Source: Flavobacteriaceae bacterium | Lineage (GTDB): Bacteria > Bacteroidota > Bacteroidia > Flavobacteriales > Flavobacteriaceae | Assembly: GCA_049595235.1 (NCBI GenBank) | Contig: JBMYKI010000002.1 | Coordinates: 1,691-65,690 of the forward strand | Direction of reading: 5' to 3' | DNA length: 64,000 nt | Program-made: the position numbers and the translations under genes | The notes under the pieces: generated by a model | What the model saw: only the letters and a program-made list of their open reading frames with translations | What the model was told of the DNA's origin: nothing | Databases searched by the model: none | In this document: one piece after another, positions 45,326 to 54,197 of the stretch | How the letters are laid out: every line of letters begins with the position of its first letter | Numbering within the stretch: the first letter of the stretch is position 1

Positions 45326-46531
45326 TTACAGGACTTCAGCTACTGTAAACACACTGCCACCCACAAAGATGATGTCATCGATATCCGCGTTTTGTTGGGC
45401 AGACATCAGAGCGTGTTCAACAGAGACGTAAGCCTCTCCATTCAAACCATGTAGGGATGCTTCTTCGGTCAATTGGCTGACCGCTTTGGCGCGAACTACA
45501 CAAGGGCTGCAGAAGTAATAGACTGCTGTGTTGGGTAAGAAAGAGGCAATACTGCTAAAATCTTTGTCAGCGACCATACCAAACACTATGTGTAGTTTCT
45601 TTTTTGGAAGACTCGTAAGTTGCCGCATCACAGCCTCAATCCCTGATCCGTTGTGCGCCACATCGGCTATGGTTAGGGGTTTTTGGGCCAATACTTGCCA
45701 TCTTCCTTGAAGCCCTGTGTTTTTTACCACATTGCGTAGGCCCTCCTCCAACTGTTGTTGACTAATCTCGAAATCTTTCAGTTGTGAAATTACAGTTATC
45801 ACGCCCTCCACGTTGGCTTTTTGATAGTCTCCTAACAAGTCTGTAGCCAAAGCCTGGCCTGTTTTGGCCAACACCCATGGCGCACCTACATCCGTGGCTT
45901 TATCGATCAAAACCTTTAGCACCTCATCAGCGTTTTCCCCAACCACAACAGGTACACCCGGCTTGATGATTCCCGCTTTTTCAGACGCTATTTCAGGCAG
46001 CGTATCCCCTAAAAATTGTTGGTGGTCTTTGCTGATATTTGTGATCAGGCAAAGTGCTGGTTTGATAATATTGGTCGCATCCAATCGTCCGCCAAGGCCC
46101 ACCTCCACAATAGCTATGTCAACCTTTTCGTGAGCAAATTCACTAAAAGCCAAGGCAACAGTGAGTTCAAAGAATGAATATTTACCTCTTTCAAAAAGTA
46201 TTTGGTGTTGAGCCACAAAGTCAACGACCCGATTTTTTGGGATGGGAATGCCATTAATTCGGATGCGTTCTCGAAAATCTTTGAGATGAGGGGAAGTATA
46301 GAGCCCCACCTTATAGCCCGCAGTTTGTAAAACCGATGCCAGCATATGAGATGATGAACCCTTGCCATTGGTACCAGCTACGTGTATACTTTTAAATTGG
46401 GTTTCTGGATTTCCCAACGCTTGGGAAAGCGTCACAATATTGTCTAATCCCAAACGCATGGCTGGCGCCCCTACACGCTGATACATGGGCAAACGTGCGT
46501 AGAGCCAGTCGAGCGTCTGGGAATAATTCAT
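45326..46531 (-). CDS. folC: bifunctional folylpolyglutamate synthase / dihydrofolate synthase
   Basis: HVAGTNGKGS P-loop and a Mur-ligase fold. Confidence 0.9.
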   Translation of the reverse strand: MNYSQTLDWLYARLPMYQRVGAPAMRLGLDNIVTLSQALGNPETQFKSIHVAGTNGKGSSSHMLASVLQTAGYKVGLYTSPHLKDFRERIRINGIPIPKNRVVDFVAQHQILFERGKYSFFELTVALAFSEFAHEKVDIAIVEVGLGGRLDATNIIKPALCLITNISKDHQQFLGDTLPEIASEKAGIIKPGVPVVVGENADEVLKVLIDKATDVGAPWVLAKTGQALATDLLGDYQKANVEGVITVISQLKDFEISQQQLEEGLRNVVKNTGLQGRWQVLAQKPLTIADVAHNGSGIEAVMRQLTSLPKKKLHIVFGMVADKDFSSIASFLPNTAVYYFCSPCVVRAKAVSQLTEEASLHGLNGEAYVSVEHALMSAQQNADIDDIIFVGGSVFTVAEVL

Positions 46532-47857
46532 TTATACCAAAACGAAATCTCTAAACAGCATAAACGTTAGGTATCCTGATACCGACCCGATGAGCGCCAG
46601 AAATGAAATCTTTTTCAAGTACCAGAAGAAGTTGATTTTTTCCATACCCATAGCGACAACACCTGCGGCAGATCCAAAAATAATCATACTACCACCCGTT
46701 CCTGCAGCAAAAGCAATCGCGTGCCAAAGCGGATGATCCATGGGCTCTGAGAACATGCCCATACTGGCAGCAACAAGCGGAACGTTGTCGATGATTGCAG
46801 AAATGAAACCAAAAATAGCAACTACAATATCTGAGTTGGGAATGGCAGCGTTCAGGTCTTGTGCAAACCCAAACAACAATCCCAAAGACTCTAAGGCTGC
46901 AACGGCCATCAGAATTCCTAAGAAAAAGAGAATGCTCGGCATCTCAATTTTGGTAAGCGCTGCATGTACCGGGTTGTGATGTGAATGCGCGTGGCTGCTT
47001 GATGATCTGTATTCTACAAAAGCTTTTGAACGGCTGTAAACTTCCGCAAAAACTGAAACAACGGCCAACGAAAGCATCATACCCACATAAGGAGGCAAAT
47101 GCGTTACCGTTTTGAATACAGGGACAAACAAAATAGAACCAAGACCCAAATACAACATCGTTGGACCTTTGGGCGTCAATTCTATTTTATCATCTATCTT
47201 ATCTATTTCACCTTGAAATACGCTATAACGACTCGCAATAAAGGTGGGCACGATCATGCATACCAAAGATGGTACAATAAGATACTTAATCAGTTCTGGT
47301 GTGGTTACTTTTTTACCAATCCACAACATGGTTGTGGTAACATCCCCAATGGGTGACCATGCGCCGCCAGCGTTGGCTGTAACTATAATTAACCCTGCAA
47401 ACCAAAGTCGAAGGTTGCGCTCATGTATCACCTTTTGAAGTATGGTGACCAGCACAATGGTAGCTGTTAGGTTGTCAATGATTGCAGAAAGAACAAAGGC
47501 TAAACTTGCAAAGATCCAAAGCAGCCGCACCTTATTTCGGGTTTGGATAAATCGCTTAATGGTAGCAAAGCCATTAAAATAATCAATAATTTCTACAATG
47601 GTCATAGCTCCCAATAGGAAGACTAGTATTTCTGCTGTTTTCCCTAAATGATGTAAAAGGGCTTCTTCTATGTGGGTTGGCAGCAGTTTTTTATTGACCG
47701 CATCGATGTCAAATACATCCATATGACCTAGGGCAATCATAGCCCACAAGATGGCCATCATGGCTAGGGCTGGAATAAGTTTGTCTATGTGAAGGTTGTG
47801 TTCAAGCGTGATGGCAAGGTAACCAAGCACAAATACAATAATGATAATCGTTTCCAT
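46532..47857 (-). CDS. nhaD: NhaD-type sodium:proton antiporter (ArsB/NhaD permease superfamily)
   Basis: 441-aa polytopic protein with AIIDNLTATIV and ANAGGAWSPIGDVTTTMLWI motifs. Confidence 0.7.
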   Translation of the reverse strand: METIIIIVFVLGYLAITLEHNLHIDKLIPALAMMAILWAMIALGHMDVFDIDAVNKKLLPTHIEEALLHHLGKTAEILVFLLGAMTIVEIIDYFNGFATIKRFIQTRNKVRLLWIFASLAFVLSAIIDNLTATIVLVTILQKVIHERNLRLWFAGLIIVTANAGGAWSPIGDVTTTMLWIGKKVTTPELIKYLIVPSLVCMIVPTFIASRYSVFQGEIDKIDDKIELTPKGPTMLYLGLGSILFVPVFKTVTHLPPYVGMMLSLAVVSVFAEVYSRSKAFVEYRSSSSHAHSHHNPVHAALTKIEMPSILFFLGILMAVAALESLGLLFGFAQDLNAAIPNSDIVVAIFGFISAIIDNVPLVAASMGMFSEPMDHPLWHAIAFAAGTGGSMIIFGSAAGVVAMGMEKINFFWYLKKISFLALIGSVSGYLTFMLFRDFVLV

Positions 47858-47874
47858 AAATCAATTTTAAGCAC

Positions 47875-47882
47875 CAAATATA
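47875..47882 (-). promoter_or_regulatory. -7 box TATATTTG for nhaD-folC
   Basis: Perfect TAnnTTTG on the minus strand, 17 nt upstream of the ATG at 47857. Confidence 0.4.
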
Positions 47883-47906
47883 ATACGCAACTATCGAATT
47901 TCAATT

Positions 47907-48050
47907 ACCCACTCAAAATCAAATATAAATTTTTATACCCCCTTCAAAATTGATGGAAGCAATACATAAAACCCAATTAGCAGCAGTAAACCCGTCAAAA
48001 AGCATTCACAATTGGTAATAATTTTAGCATTTAACACCATACCCCTCAAT
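47907..48050 (+). repeat. four same-strand copies of ACCC-N1-3-TCAA(A/T) in the gltB upstream region
   Basis: ACCCACTCAAAA at 47907, ACCCCCTTCAAAA at 47937, ACCCGTCAAAA at 47990, ACCCCTCAAT at 48041. Confidence 0.4.
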
Positions 48051-48208
48051 TTGCAAGGGTGTCTATTGCATAAATATCATTTTTTAGGGCTTTGTCAAAA
48101 AATAAGGGCAATAATTCGGAATGTGTATTTATTTTTGCGCCTCATTAGAAATACTTCATTTTATAAATGTATAACTCCCTTTCGGTTACGATTGTTGTAG
48201 CAGATGGA

Positions 48209-48216
48209 TATATTTG
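48209..48216 (+). promoter_or_regulatory. -7 box TATATTTG for gltBD
   Basis: Perfect TAnnTTTG, 12 nt upstream of the ATG at 48229. It contains the ORF-track TTG at 48214. Confidence 0.45.
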
Positions 48217-48228
48217 GTAAAAAAAATT

Positions 48229-51200
48229 ATGCGGGCACAAGGACTTTACGATCCCAATTTTGAGCATGACAACTGTGGTGCAGGATTTATTTGCAGCTTA
48301 GAAGGCAAACGCACCAATGACATCATTCACAAGGCATTGGATATTCTGGTAAAACTAGAACATCGAGGGGCCGTAAGCGCTGATGGCAAAACTGGCGATG
48401 GTGCTGGTATTCTCATAGACATCCCACATGCTTTTTTAGATACCGTCTGCAACTTTGACTTGCCCGAACCCACCAAATACGCTGTGGGCATGGTTTTTTT
48501 ACCAAAAAAATCCAACCAAAGAAATTTTTGTGTCCAAACCCTCAACGAGGAACTTGAAAAACAAGACCTACAAGTTTTGGGATGGAGAGAAGTCCCCACC
48601 AACAACGACGTACTAGGTAGCATTGCCGCCCGCACACTGCCTGTAATTCGTCAGGTTTTTGTAACCCATGGTGAAAAGGAACTCAACGAGCAAGAACTCA
48701 ATACCAAAATTTATATCGCACGAAAAATTGCAGAACACAAGGTGTATGCGACCAAAATGTCACAGAGCAGCTACTTCTATCTGCCAAGTTTTTCTACGCG
48801 TACCCTTATCTACAAGGGCTTACTCATGCCAGAGGACATTGAAGGTTTTTATTTAGACCTCAAAGATCCTAGAGTAGTCACACGTTTGGCACTGGTGCAC
48901 CAGCGTTTTTCCACCAATACTTTCCCCACATGGGATTTGGCACAGCCCTTCCGCTACATGTGTCACAATGGAGAAATCAACACATATCGTGGCAATCTGA
49001 ACCGAATGAAAGCGCGTGAAGAGCTCTTACAAAGCGATTTCTTTGGAGATGATGTAAAGGAAATTCTGCCGATTATTTTAAATGGCAAATCCGACTCTGC
49101 TTCCATGGACATGGTAGTAGAGTTGTTATTGCACACAGGTCGTTCACTGCCAGAGGTAATGATGATGATGGTACCCGAGGCTTGGGAACGCCACAAAAGC
49201 ATGGATCCTGCCAAAAAAGCATTTTATGCCTACAACGCCTGTATTATGGAGCCATGGGATGGCCCAGCTTCTATCCCCTTTACGGATGGAAATTTTATAG
49301 GTGCACTACTCGACCGCAATGGTTTGCGACCATCTCGCTACACGGTAACCAAAGACGGCTACGTAGTCATGTCATCGGAAACTGGAGTCATTGATATCGA
49401 ACCAGCCAATGTGACCATGCACGGACGCTTGGAGCCTGGTCGTATGTTTTTGGTTGATATGGAAGCGGGCAGGATTATCGAAGACCAAGAAATTAAAAAC
49501 GAAGTCGTATCCAAACAACCCTACCAACAATGGCTCGATGAAAATCTGTTGCCACTCAAAGAGGTCCCCTACACAGGCAACAAAACCCCTGTGGAGGATG
49601 TAGAATACATTGCCAGGCTCAAGGCATTTGGATACACTGAAGAAGACATTAAAACCCTCATCGCGCCGATGATGACCCAAGGCAAAGAAGCCATTGGTTC
49701 TATGGGTACAGATACACCTTTGGCGGTATTGTCACACAAACCACAATTGCTGTACAACTATTTTAAACAACTCTTTGCGCAAGTAACCAACCCGCCTTTG
49801 GATGGTATACGTGAAGAAATTGTAACAGATACCTCACTTTCTATAGGCAGCGATTACAACTTGTTTGACGTGTCTCCAGAGCATGCGAAAAAATTACGCA
49901 TCCAAAATCCAATCATATCAAATGAAGATTTGGATAAGATTAAATTCATTGAACACTCAGAATTCAAAGCCGTTTCGGTTGCCACAAAATATCAGGTTGT
50001 AAGGGGGCACAACGGGCTTGAGGATTCCCTCGGAAAATTGATTGTCAATGTCAAAGCTGCAGTGGAGCAAGGAGCCAATATCATCATCCTCTCAGATCGA
50101 GGGATTTCCAAAGATGAAGCCCCCATTCCAATGTTGCTGGCTTGTTCGGCCGTACACCACGGTTTGGTCAAGCATGGATTGCGCTCCAAGTTTGGTATAG
50201 TAATAGAGTCTGCCGAGCCCCGAGAACCTCACCACTTTGCCACACTTTTTGGTTACGGCGCCAGTGCCATCAACCCCTACATGGTCAATGAAATTATCGA
50301 AAAGCTCGTTTCGAAAGATGACACGATCAATCTTACTGCAGAACAAGCCATAGATAATTTCAACAAGGCAATCGCCAAGGGTCTTATCAAAATAATGAAC
50401 AAAATTGGGATTTCAACCTTGCATTCCTACAGAGGTGCCCAAATATTTGAAGCCTTAGGATTAAGCAAAAAATTTGTGGACACCTATTTCTGCAATACCG
50501 CAACCCGAATTGAAGGGGTAGGCTTGTTCGAAATCGAAAAGGAAATTGCAGCCAGACACGCTTTTGCTTTTGATGTGCCTGTTTCTGAAAACAGTATTGA
50601 CTTAGAAATTGGAGGCAGTTATCGCTGGAGAAGAAACGGGGAAGCCCACATGCTCAATCCAGCTACTATTTCTAAACTTCAAGTAGCAGCGCGTCAAAAC
50701 AAATTCGAATCATATGAGGAATATGCCGAATTGGTAAATGATCAATCCAAACAGTTGATGACCATCCGCGGTATGTTTGAATTTACAGATCTGGATCCGA
50801 TTTCAATAGACGAAGTAGAACCATGGACTGAAATTGTTAAGCGCTTTAAAACGGGTGCCATGTCATTGGGTTCCATTAGTGAAGAGGCACATGAGACTTT
50901 GGCCAAAGCCATGAATCGTATCGGCGGAAAAAGCAACTCTGGAGAGGGGGGTGAAGACCCAAGGCGCTTTACTCGTGATACAGATGGAGATTGGCGTAAC
51001 AGTGCTATCAAACAAGTGGCCTCAGGGCGCTTCGGAGTTTCGTCACACTATCTATCGAGTGCCAAAGAAATTCAAATCAAAATGGCTCAGGGAGCCAAGC
51101 CAGGAGAAGGTGGGCAATTGCCAGGACCGAAGGTAAATCCCTATATCGCATCAGTGCGCAACTCTACTCCTTATGTAGGATTGATTTCGCCGCCGCCGCA

Positions 51201-52731
51201 TCACGATATATACTCTATCGAAGATTTGGCCCAATTGATTTACGATCTTAAAAACGCAAACCGAGAAGCACGTGTCAATGTGAAGCTCGTTTCTGAAGTA
51301 GGTGTAGGTACCATAGCCGCAGGTGTGGCCAAGGCCAAGGCCGATGTCATTTTGATCTCTGGCTATGATGGCGGAACAGGAGCTTCGCCTCTTACTTCGC
51401 TCAAACACGCTGGTTTGCCATGGGAATTGGGTATAGCCGAAGCCCAGCAAACTTTGGTACTCAACGACCTTCGCGGACGTATTGTATTAGAGTGTGACGG
51501 ACAAATGAAAACCGGTCGCGATGTCGCTATCGCTTGTCTATTGGGTGCGGAAGAGTTTGGATTCTCAACAGCACCTTTGGTTGCTTCGGGTTGTATTATG
51601 ATGCGTGCTTGTCACCTCAACACATGTCCGGTGGGTATTGCCACACAAGATCCTGAATTGCGAAAAAACTTTAAGGGCAAGCCTGAACACGTGGTTAACT
51701 TTATGCATTTTGTAGCTCAAGAGATGCGCGCCATCATGGCACAACTTGGCTTTAGGACTGTAGATGAAATGGTGGGTCAGAGCCAAAAGCTAAATATGAG
51801 CGCAGCCATCGATCACTTCAAGGCCAAAGGCATCGATTTGTCAGCCATTCTGTACAAACCGCAAGTAGACGCCAATGTGCCACTAAGAAACACAAGCAAA
51901 CAAGATCACAACTTGGAAAATGTGTTGGACTTCGAAATTGTATCCAAAGCACAAAAAGCCATTCTCAACAAAGAACCACAAACTTTGCATTTGCCAATCA
52001 AAAACACAGACCGCAGTGTAGGTGCTATTCTGAGCAATGAAATTTCCAAAATTCACGGAGCAGAAGGCCTACCTACCGACACCCTCAAGATGTTCTTTAC
52101 GGGTGCTGCAGGGCAAAGCTTTGGGTGTTTTGCCACGCGTGGTCTACACATGGAGACCATCGGAAATTGCAATGACTATTTTGGTAAAGGTTTATCTGGA
52201 GCACGATTGGTTGCCAGAATTCCTGATGAGGCCACTTTCAAAGCGGAGGAAAACATCATTATCGGAAACGTTGCTTTGTATGGAGCCACAGCAGGAGAGG
52301 CCTACATTAATGGAATTGCAGGGGAACGCTTCTGTGTACGAAACTCTGGTGCCACCGCTGTAGTAGAAGGTATTGGTGACCATGGTTGTGAGTATATGAC
52401 GGGTGGAGTCGCTGTGATTTTGGGTAGTTTTGGACGCAATTTTGCAGCAGGAATGAGTGGTGGAATTGCCTACCTCTATGCTGAAGATGCAAAATTTGAC
52501 GAACGCAACTTCAACATGGAAATGATCGGATTGGAAGACCCATCAGCGGATGATTTGGATCATCTCAAATCATTGATTGAAAATCATGTCCACTTTACAA
52601 GCAGTGAATTAGGGAAATCCATTTTGACTGATTGGAAAAAAGAACAAAAGAATTTTATCAAAGTCATGCCAACCGACTACAAAAAAGCCTTGGCGCGTTT
52701 GGCAGAGGAAGCTAAAGCAGAAGTGAATTAA
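48229..52731 (+). CDS. gltB: glutamate synthase large subunit
   Basis: N-terminal Ntn-amidotransferase Cys in MRAQGLYDPNFEHDNCGAGF, followed by FMN and GXGXG domains over about 1500 aa. Confidence 0.95.
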   Translation: MRAQGLYDPNFEHDNCGAGFICSLEGKRTNDIIHKALDILVKLEHRGAVSADGKTGDGAGILIDIPHAFLDTVCNFDLPEPTKYAVGMVFLPKKSNQRNFCVQTLNEELEKQDLQVLGWREVPTNNDVLGSIAARTLPVIRQVFVTHGEKELNEQELNTKIYIARKIAEHKVYATKMSQSSYFYLPSFSTRTLIYKGLLMPEDIEGFYLDLKDPRVVTRLALVHQRFSTNTFPTWDLAQPFRYMCHNGEINTYRGNLNRMKAREELLQSDFFGDDVKEILPIILNGKSDSASMDMVVELLLHTGRSLPEVMMMMVPEAWERHKSMDPAKKAFYAYNACIMEPWDGPASIPFTDGNFIGALLDRNGLRPSRYTVTKDGYVVMSSETGVIDIEPANVTMHGRLEPGRMFLVDMEAGRIIEDQEIKNEVVSKQPYQQWLDENLLPLKEVPYTGNKTPVEDVEYIARLKAFGYTEEDIKTLIAPMMTQGKEAIGSMGTDTPLAVLSHKPQLLYNYFKQLFAQVTNPPLDGIREEIVTDTSLSIGSDYNLFDVSPEHAKKLRIQNPIISNEDLDKIKFIEHSEFKAVSVATKYQVVRGHNGLEDSLGKLIVNVKAAVEQGANIIILSDRGISKDEAPIPMLLACSAVHHGLVKHGLRSKFGIVIESAEPREPHHFATLFGYGASAINPYMVNEIIEKLVSKDDTINLTAEQAIDNFNKAIAKGLIKIMNKIGISTLHSYRGAQIFEALGLSKKFVDTYFCNTATRIEGVGLFEIEKEIAARHAFAFDVPVSENSIDLEIGGSYRWRRNGEAHMLNPATISKLQVAARQNKFESYEEYAELVNDQSKQLMTIRGMFEFTDLDPISIDEVEPWTEIVKRFKTGAMSLGSISEEAHETLAKAMNRIGGKSNSGEGGEDPRRFTRDTDGDWRNSAIKQVASGRFGVSSHYLSSAKEIQIKMAQGAKPGEGGQLPGPKVNPYIASVRNSTPYVGLISPPPHHDIYSIEDLAQLIYDLKNANREARVNVKLVSEVGVGTIAAGVAKAKADVILISGYDGGTGASPLTSLKHAGLPWELGIAEAQQTLVLNDLRGRIVLECDGQMKTGRDVAIACLLGAEEFGFSTAPLVASGCIMMRACHLNTCPVGIATQDPELRKNFKGKPEHVVNFMHFVAQEMRAIMAQLGFRTVDEMVGQSQKLNMSAAIDHFKAKGIDLSAILYKPQVDANVPLRNTSKQDHNLENVLDFEIVSKAQKAILNKEPQTLHLPIKNTDRSVGAILSNEISKIHGAEGLPTDTLKMFFTGAAGQSFGCFATRGLHMETIGNCNDYFGKGLSGARLVARIPDEATFKAEENIIIGNVALYGATAGEAYINGIAGERFCVRNSGATAVVEGIGDHGCEYMTGGVAVILGSFGRNFAAGMSGGIAYLYAEDAKFDERNFNMEMIGLEDPSADDLDHLKSLIENHVHFTSSELGKSILTDWKKEQKNFIKVMPTDYKKALARLAEEAKAEVN

Positions 52732-52733
52732 TT

Positions 52734-54197
52734 ATGGGAAAACTAAGGGGATTTTTAGAACACGACCGCATTGACGAGGCCAATATTGCGGTGGCCGACC
52801 GCATCAAAAACTACAAAGAGTTTACTGTCAATCCAGGAGAAGAAAAACTACGCGATCAAGGCGCACGATGTATGGATTGTGGCGTACCCTTTTGTCACAG
52901 TGGCTGTCCGTTGGGTAACATGATACCCGACTTCAACGATGCAGTTTACCGAAATGAGTGGGAAAAGGCGCTTCGTATTTTGCATACAACCAACAACTTC
53001 CCTGAGTTTACGGGTAGGCTGTGTCCAGCACCATGTGAGGCAGCTTGTGTTTTGGGGATTATCAACCCACCGGTTTCTATTGAAATGATCGAAAAATACA
53101 TTGTTGAACGGGGCTTTAAAGAAGGTTGGATCAAAGCCGAGCCTCCCACAACAAGAACAGGCAAAAAAGTAGCCGTAGTCGGATCAGGGCCTGCTGGTTT
53201 GGCCGCTGCCCAACAACTCAACAGAGCTGGACATACGGTCACTGTTTTTGAACGCGACGAAAAAGCGGGAGGTCTGTTACGTTATGGGATTCCCGACTTT
53301 AAAATGGAAAAAAACATCATCGACCGCAGATTGGCTATTCTAGAAGAAGAAGGTATCATCTTCAAGACAGGCGTAGAAGTAGGCAAGAACTATGCGGTTG
53401 ATAAACTCAAAGCCTTTGATGCAGTCGTGTTGTGTGGGGGTGCCACTCTTAGACGCAGACTACCCATCCCTGGAGCTGACCTTAAAGGGGTGGTACAAGC
53501 CATGGATTTTCTACCACAAAGCAACCGCTGGGTGGATGGTCTGGCTGAAGTAAACCCCGATTTGCATGCCCAAGGCAGAAATGTAATTGTCATTGGTGGT
53601 GGAGATACAGGTTCTGACTGTATCGGTACTTCCAACAGACAAGGCGCCAAAAGCGTGACCAATTTTGAAATCATGCCCAAGCCGGCTGACCACCGTACTG
53701 AAGACCATCCATGGCCCTTTTGGCCATTTAAGCTAAAAACTTCGTCATCTCACGAAGAAGGAAGCCACAGAGAGTGGAGTATCATGACCAAAGAATTCAA
53801 AGGAGATGATGATGGCAACTTGATAGGACTTACAACAGTAAATGTACGCTGGGAAAAACAAGAAGGCGGGCGTCCAAAACTTGTGGAGCAACCCAACTCT
53901 GAAAAAGAATGGCCTTGTGAGTTGGCATTGTTGGCCCTAGGTTTTACGGGTCCTGAGCCTACCTTAGCCGAGCAATTGGGTCTTGACGCGGATGAGCGCT
54001 CCAATGTCAAAGCAAATACCAAAGACTATCGCACCAATGTGCCTCATATTTTTGCTGCTGGTGACATGCGTCGCGGGCAGTCACTTATTGTATGGGCGAT
54101 TTCTGAGGGCAGAGAAGCTGCACGTCAGGTGGATACTTTTTTGATGGGCACTTCCAAGCTACCCACCAAATCAGGTGGAGATTTGCCAGCTAACTAG
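52734..54197 (+). CDS. gltD: glutamate synthase small subunit (NADPH)
   Basis: Fe-S Cys clusters (CMDCGVPFC, CPAPCE) and a VAVVGSGPAGLAAA dinucleotide fold. Confidence 0.95.
   Translation: MGKLRGFLEHDRIDEANIAVADRIKNYKEFTVNPGEEKLRDQGARCMDCGVPFCHSGCPLGNMIPDFNDAVYRNEWEKALRILHTTNNFPEFTGRLCPAPCEAACVLGIINPPVSIEMIEKYIVERGFKEGWIKAEPPTTRTGKKVAVVGSGPAGLAAAQQLNRAGHTVTVFERDEKAGGLLRYGIPDFKMEKNIIDRRLAILEEEGIIFKTGVEVGKNYAVDKLKAFDAVVLCGGATLRRRLPIPGADLKGVVQAMDFLPQSNRWVDGLAEVNPDLHAQGRNVIVIGGGDTGSDCIGTSNRQGAKSVTNFEIMPKPADHRTEDHPWPFWPFKLKTSSSHEEGSHREWSIMTKEFKGDDDGNLIGLTTVNVRWEKQEGGRPKLVEQPNSEKEWPCELALLALGFTGPEPTLAEQLGLDADERSNVKANTKDYRTNVPHIFAAGDMRRGQSLIVWAISEGREAARQVDTFLMGTSKLPTKSGGDLPAN

Noticed and set aside
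48012-48200. A 62-aa ORF in the gltB upstream region.
   Set aside because: It has no promoter box or conserved-looking sequence and an AT-rich, Leu/Ile/Arg-biased translation. I treat the region as non-coding regulatory DNA.
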